From: Longimicrobiales bacterium
Lineage (GTDB): Bacteria; Gemmatimonadota; Gemmatimonadetes; Longimicrobiales; Gaopeijiaceae
DNA length: 64,000 nt
Assembly: GCA_965198065.1 (NCBI GenBank)
Contig: CBDAON010000004.1
Location: forward strand, 1,984,001 to 2,048,000
Reading direction: 5' to 3'
Position 1 is the stretch's first letter; every line of letters begins with the position of its first letter. Below the pieces are notes generated by a model that saw only the letters and a list, made by a program, of their open reading frames with translations, made no database searches and was not told where the DNA came from. Shown here one piece after another: positions 60,030-64,000 of this stretch. The position numbers were made by a program, and so were the translations under genes.

Positions 60030-60170
60030 ATGCTCCCGGGCGGATACGACTTCATCCATCTCGTCTTCTGGACCGTCGTTTCCCTGGTCGCTGTGGGGAC
60101 GAACCTGCTTCCCGTCGCCCTGAGCCTGGGGATCGGGATCCTGCTCCTGGAAACGATCAGGAACGGTTGA
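60030..60170 (+). CDS. Possible small membrane protein
   Basis: 46 aa, two hydrophobic stretches, GC3-rich. Confidence 0.4.
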   Translation: MLPGGYDFIHLVFWTVVSLVAVGTNLLPVALSLGIGILLLETIRNG

Positions 60171-60188
60171 ATCGCGGCCGGTCGCCCC

Positions 60189-60425
60189 ATGACGTTTCTC
60201 GTCGGTCTCTCCTTCGTCATGGCTCTCCTCCTCGGGCTCTGGCTCGGGCGTGCCAGGCCCTACGACCAGTCGCCCGAGGAGATCGAACGCAGGCTCTCCG
60301 AGGTGGACGGTACGCACCGCAAGGTCAAACGGCACCTAATCTTCCTGGATTTGCTTCACCGAGTGAGTGAGAAGGCGTCGGATCGCCGATTCAGGGACCG
60401 GCGGCGCCCGTTCAAGTGGGGCTGA
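60189..60425 (+). CDS. Small membrane-anchored hypothetical protein
   Basis: N-terminal TM followed by a basic tail. Confidence 0.6.
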   Translation: MTFLVGLSFVMALLLGLWLGRARPYDQSPEEIERRLSEVDGTHRKVKRHLIFLDLLHRVSEKASDRRFRDRRRPFKWG

Positions 60426-60479
60426 GGGCCCGGCGGAACGCAGCTTCCGCCCCGGGGAGCCCGAGGCGCGGTACGCGCT

Positions 60480-62048
60480 TCAAGGAATGAGCGCCTCCAT
60501 CAGGACGAGCACCACCCCGATCGCTCCGCCCAGCACGTACCCCAGCCGGACGATGAGCCTCAGCTCCCTGTCGGTGACCCGACGCACGAGCTCCTCCATC
60601 TTGGCCGTCGGGTAGCCTCGCACCTTCTCCTCGACGCGGCGCCCGACGTCCAAAATCTGTACCACGTGGGCGCTCTGACCCTGGAGCCACCCCCAGAGGG
60701 GCTCGGACAGGGCGGCCTGAACCCGCCCCAGGGCCCCCTCCGGGAGCATGTCCGCGGGCCTTCCCACCGGCCGGTCGAGCACGCTCGCCACGGAGGTGCC
60801 CAGCACCTCCCGGTACGCTCGCCGCGCGGGCTCGCTCCGGGCCGCGAGGACGACGACCTCGGTGACACGGTCCGGCGACACCTCGTCCAATAGCTGGCCC
60901 CACGTGCCCTCGGCGGCCTTCCCCATTGCCTGCCCCAGCTTCTCGACGATGAACTCGCGCGTGGCCTGGTCCCGCGCCATCGTGACCACCCAACCGGCGA
61001 CCGTATCCCGCGCGCGAAGCACGCTCTCGTCCCCGTGCCGTCCCAGAACCGCCGTCACGGGTCGGTGAAGGAAATCGGTGACGGCCTCGTTCACCCGGCG
61101 GGCCGTCGCATCCTGCACCGCCGGATCCCGGAGCATAACCGAGAGATGCTCGGCCCCCTCCTCCTCGATCGTGGCGAGGACGCGGTCCAGCGCCTCCTCG
61201 GTGACGACGAGCCGGGCCACCACGCGCTGGTGGAAGCGAAGGTCACGGAGGAACCGTTGGAAGATCTCTTGCATGGCTCGCTGGAGGCGCTGCCGGGCGC
61301 CCGGATCCTCCAGGATGCCGCCTAGCCTCTGCACGGCGATTGGCAGGTAGTCAGACAGCGCCCGCTCGAGCGAGCCCGAGAGGCCCGCGGGCAGCACGTC
61401 GGCGAAGGTGCGGTCGTCTCGGAGAAAGCCGGCGAACACACGGTCGACGTACGCCTCGACTGCCTGCTCGAACCCCTCGCGCTCGACCGCATGTGCGATC
61501 CAGCGATCTACGAAGCCCGAAATGGCCTGGCTGTGGCTCTCGGTCAGGACCTCCGCGACGGGCCGGTCGGAGACGTGGGCCATCCATTCCCGGACGCGCG
61601 CGTTCACGGCCCGCTCGAGTCCGTCGGAGTCCACCCAGCGATCCAGCCGCTCGATCAGGTGCTCCCCGATCTCGTGGAGGAGGGCCTCGGCCTGGGCCAC
61701 GAGGTCCGGGCCCAGGATCTGCTTTAGGGGACCGCGCTCCCGCTCCAGGACCTCTCGGAGAAACGCCTCGAGGCGCTCGTCGAACGCCGATCGGAACTCC
61801 TGGTCGGAGAGGATTGTGGTCAGATCGTCCCGGGTCAGGAGCCGGTCCCCGACCGTTCGTCCCACGGCCGCCGCGAGCCGCTCCTGGTTCTTGGGGATGG
61901 CGCCGTGGAGGAACGCGAGCCGCAGCCGCCCGAGCCGCGGCGGCACGTACGGGTGAAAAAGCATCCACACGGCAACGGAATTCGTTAGCCCGCCAGCCAG
62001 GGCGCCGAACATGATCGTGACCAGCGCGCGGACGAGCTCGGGGTTCAC
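60480..62048 (-). CDS. DUF445 family protein
   Basis: GGLTN.VAV.MLFHP, G.IPKNQERLA, C-terminal EL..I..LG.VLGG.IG. Confidence 0.9.
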   Translation of the reverse strand: MNPELVRALVTIMFGALAGGLTNSVAVWMLFHPYVPPRLGRLRLAFLHGAIPKNQERLAAAVGRTVGDRLLTRDDLTTILSDQEFRSAFDERLEAFLREVLERERGPLKQILGPDLVAQAEALLHEIGEHLIERLDRWVDSDGLERAVNARVREWMAHVSDRPVAEVLTESHSQAISGFVDRWIAHAVEREGFEQAVEAYVDRVFAGFLRDDRTFADVLPAGLSGSLERALSDYLPIAVQRLGGILEDPGARQRLQRAMQEIFQRFLRDLRFHQRVVARLVVTEEALDRVLATIEEEGAEHLSVMLRDPAVQDATARRVNEAVTDFLHRPVTAVLGRHGDESVLRARDTVAGWVVTMARDQATREFIVEKLGQAMGKAAEGTWGQLLDEVSPDRVTEVVVLAARSEPARRAYREVLGTSVASVLDRPVGRPADMLPEGALGRVQAALSEPLWGWLQGQSAHVVQILDVGRRVEEKVRGYPTAKMEELVRRVTDRELRLIVRLGYVLGGAIGVVLVLMEALIP

Positions 62049-62052
62049 GCCG

Positions 62053-63045
62053 TCACCGCTGTACGTGCCGGACCACCCCGACCACGAAGGCCTCTCGCCC
62101 CTCCACGCGTAAGGTTCCCGACACCCCGAAGAGCCCCGACACGGGAAGGATCGGCCCGTCGCCTTCGCCTGCCGTGAGGTGGGAGCTCGACGAGACCAGC
62201 TCCCCGGCGAGGCTGCCCGCCGCCGAGATCGTCCAGCGCGCCGGGATGTTTCGCCGAGCCAGCTCGAAGGGCCTCATGTCCTCCCAGCGGACGGTCACGC
62301 TGGACCACATGCCCGGCTCGGACTCCGAGCGGCTCCACCCCCGGTACCGGGTCGGGATCCGAGCTTCGGGCGGAGAGGGGATCTCTTCGAGGAAGAGCTG
62401 GAGACGGTTCCCTTCCACGAGGAACATCCAGTCTCCCGGCGCCGACGCGGGCGCTTCCCAGCTCCGCGGAAGATCTAGGACATATCCCTCCACGGGCCCG
62501 GACGGGAAGACTGCTCTCGCCTGAAAGAGGCGGACCGGGTCTCCCGTGGGCCGCGTCCACTCGGTCAGGAACTCGACGAGCCGGGTCTCCAACTCCGCGG
62601 GGCCGTTCCTGAGCAGGAGTGCCTCGACCCGGTCCTCCTCCCCTACGATCAGGCGAACCGTTCCTTCCGGAAGAAGGCGCCAGGGCGTCCTGGACGTGGG
62701 TCCGAGCGTGCTCTCCTGTACGAGCGCTTCCCAAGTCTCACCCCGCTGGAGCCACACGGAGCGATCTCGCCGGACTCCTCCCACCTGAGCTCGCGACCGG
62801 AAGAACCACGGGATGGCGATGGCCGGATCGGACGAGACCGAGAGAAAGAGGAACTCGCGATCGAAGACGAGCTCCCGGGGGGCCGGCGTGGTCACGAGGG
62901 TGCCCGTGCCGGCTCCGGTGCCGCGAGCCCCCGGCCTCTCGGGCGGAGGATCGCGATCACATCCGCTCGCGGTGAGAAGGCCCGCTGCCGTCAGGAGGAT
63001 GGCGACGGGGAAGGGTGGGGTGGGCAGGCCGCCCGGGGGTTGCAC
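62053..63045 (-). CDS. Hypothetical lipoprotein
   Basis: Lipobox-like LTASGC; beta-rich body. Confidence 0.65.
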   Translation of the reverse strand: MQPPGGLPTPPFPVAILLTAAGLLTASGCDRDPPPERPGARGTGAGTGTLVTTPAPRELVFDREFLFLSVSSDPAIAIPWFFRSRAQVGGVRRDRSVWLQRGETWEALVQESTLGPTSRTPWRLLPEGTVRLIVGEEDRVEALLLRNGPAELETRLVEFLTEWTRPTGDPVRLFQARAVFPSGPVEGYVLDLPRSWEAPASAPGDWMFLVEGNRLQLFLEEIPSPPEARIPTRYRGWSRSESEPGMWSSVTVRWEDMRPFELARRNIPARWTISAAGSLAGELVSSSSHLTAGEGDGPILPVSGLFGVSGTLRVEGREAFVVGVVRHVQR

Positions 63046-63059
63046 GGTCGCCCGGCGCT

Positions 63060-63503
63060 TCAGCGGGAGTACTCGTGAGCCAGCGGCAGGCCGCCCTCGG
63101 GCGGTAGGATGGCGGCGGGGGGCGCGTTCAGGACCCGGTCCAGATTGCGAAGGAAGCGTCGGATCCGCCGGGCGTTCGCGCCCAGGTCGGAGCGGCCGTT
63201 CCGGGACCGCGACATCAGGTCCACCCGCGTCTGCGCGTCCGAGTCGAGCCAGACGCGGATCCGGACGTCATCCACGAACCCGAGGACGCGCGTCCGGACC
63301 TCCGCGCGTACGATGCCCCGCTGATCGTCCGCATCGATCAGGGTCCAGAGCGAGCCGCCGTTCACGATCAACCAGATCACCCGGTTCCAAACCTCGTCGA
63401 AGGGAATGGCGTACCGACGGCCGCGGAGCGTGGGGTCAGAGTGCTCGGGCCGCGTCATCTCCATCTTCTTGAGGAACGGCGAGAGAGGCCCGGAATCGCT
63501 CAC
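63060..63503 (-). CDS. DUF1499 domain protein
   Basis: GFVDDV, RVDLMSRSRNGRSDLGANARRI. Confidence 0.85.
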   Translation of the reverse strand: MSDSGPLSPFLKKMEMTRPEHSDPTLRGRRYAIPFDEVWNRVIWLIVNGGSLWTLIDADDQRGIVRAEVRTRVLGFVDDVRIRVWLDSDAQTRVDLMSRSRNGRSDLGANARRIRRFLRNLDRVLNAPPAAILPPEGGLPLAHEYSR

Positions 63504-64000
63504 GGATTCTCGTCCAACCGGAACCGGATCGTAACTCGAGCGGAGACCCGCTGGAGGCCAGGCTCGACCGGGGTGGGGACGGCCTGGGCGGCCGCGAGCT
63601 CCAGACCCCGGCCCATGGCCCCGTACGGCATGGGGGGCGGCACGTAGTCGGCTCCGCCCTGGACGTCGATCGGAGGCCCTAGCCGCATGCCTAGCGCCTC
63701 CGCGATCACGGCCGCCTCGGCGCGGGCCTTCCCGACAGCCAGGCGCATGGCCTCGTGCCGGTAGGGCTCGGGGTCCCGCAGCTCGAAGACGAGCCCCGAC
63801 ACGCGGTTCGCGCCGGCGCCCAGGGCCTCGTCGATGAGGGGGCCCAGACCCTCGACCTGATCCGCCGTGATGCGGACGGTGTTTCGGGCCGCGTAGCCCA
63901 CGATCCGCATCGTGCGATCGCCTGTCGCGGGCGCGTAACGCGGGTTCAGGGAGTAACCGGACGTCTCGAGCCGGAAGCCGGGAAGTCCCGTGCCGGCCGT
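63500..64000 (-). CDS. SIMPL (DUF541) domain protein, C-terminal part
   Basis: GY.ARN.V, GANRVSGL.F, AV..AR..A..IA.ALG..LG; start lies beyond the window. Confidence 0.9.
   Translation of the reverse strand, partial: TAGTGLPGFRLETSGYSLNPRYAPATGDRTMRIVGYAARNTVRITADQVEGLGPLIDEALGAGANRVSGLVFELRDPEPYRHEAMRLAVGKARAEAAVIAEALGMRLGPPIDVQGGADYVPPPMPYGAMGRGLELAAAQAVPTPVEPGLQRVSARVTIRFRLDENP

Noticed and set aside
1..64000. CRISPR arrays, tRNA/rRNA, IS elements, prophage or known defence genes
   Set aside because: No spaced direct repeats, cloverleaf or rRNA signatures, transposase, integrase or phage motifs were seen by eye.

Overview
High-GC (roughly 70% by eye), gene-dense bacterial chromosome segment. 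The gene content and style of the hypothetical proteins suggest Gemmatimonadota (inference, no search run). Most of it is housekeeping: rpsU, ssb, recF-dciA-gyrB, hemE/hemH/hemG(Y), thyX, cysK, rho, mlaEFD, trxB, fumC, nfo, folE, fatty-acid and peptide catabolism. An accessory block follows gyrB (arsR-arsM, padR-membrane protein, DinB, DDAH, REC-GGDEF-EAL). I saw no rRNA, tRNA, CRISPR array, transposase or integrase. Features not visible in the ORF track: a partial FAD oxidoreductase at the left edge, a probable 6S RNA, two ArsR operators and a PadR operator, two eroded gene remnants (a methyltransferase and a ferredoxin-NADP reductase with most of its interior deleted), several frameshifts, and a 20-bp micro-inversion inside an ABC permease. 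Best candidates for uncharacterised systems: (i) a TPR protein with a QLELF clamp-binding-like motif in an orphan operon; (ii) a pterin operon with two different PTPS classes, folE and a sepiapterin-reductase-like SDR; (iii) a TPR-degenerate macrodomain-transglutaminase-ABC operon; (iv) a GroES-like ORF lacking the mobile loop. All family calls are from motif recognition by eye; some frameshifts may be sequencing or assembly errors.
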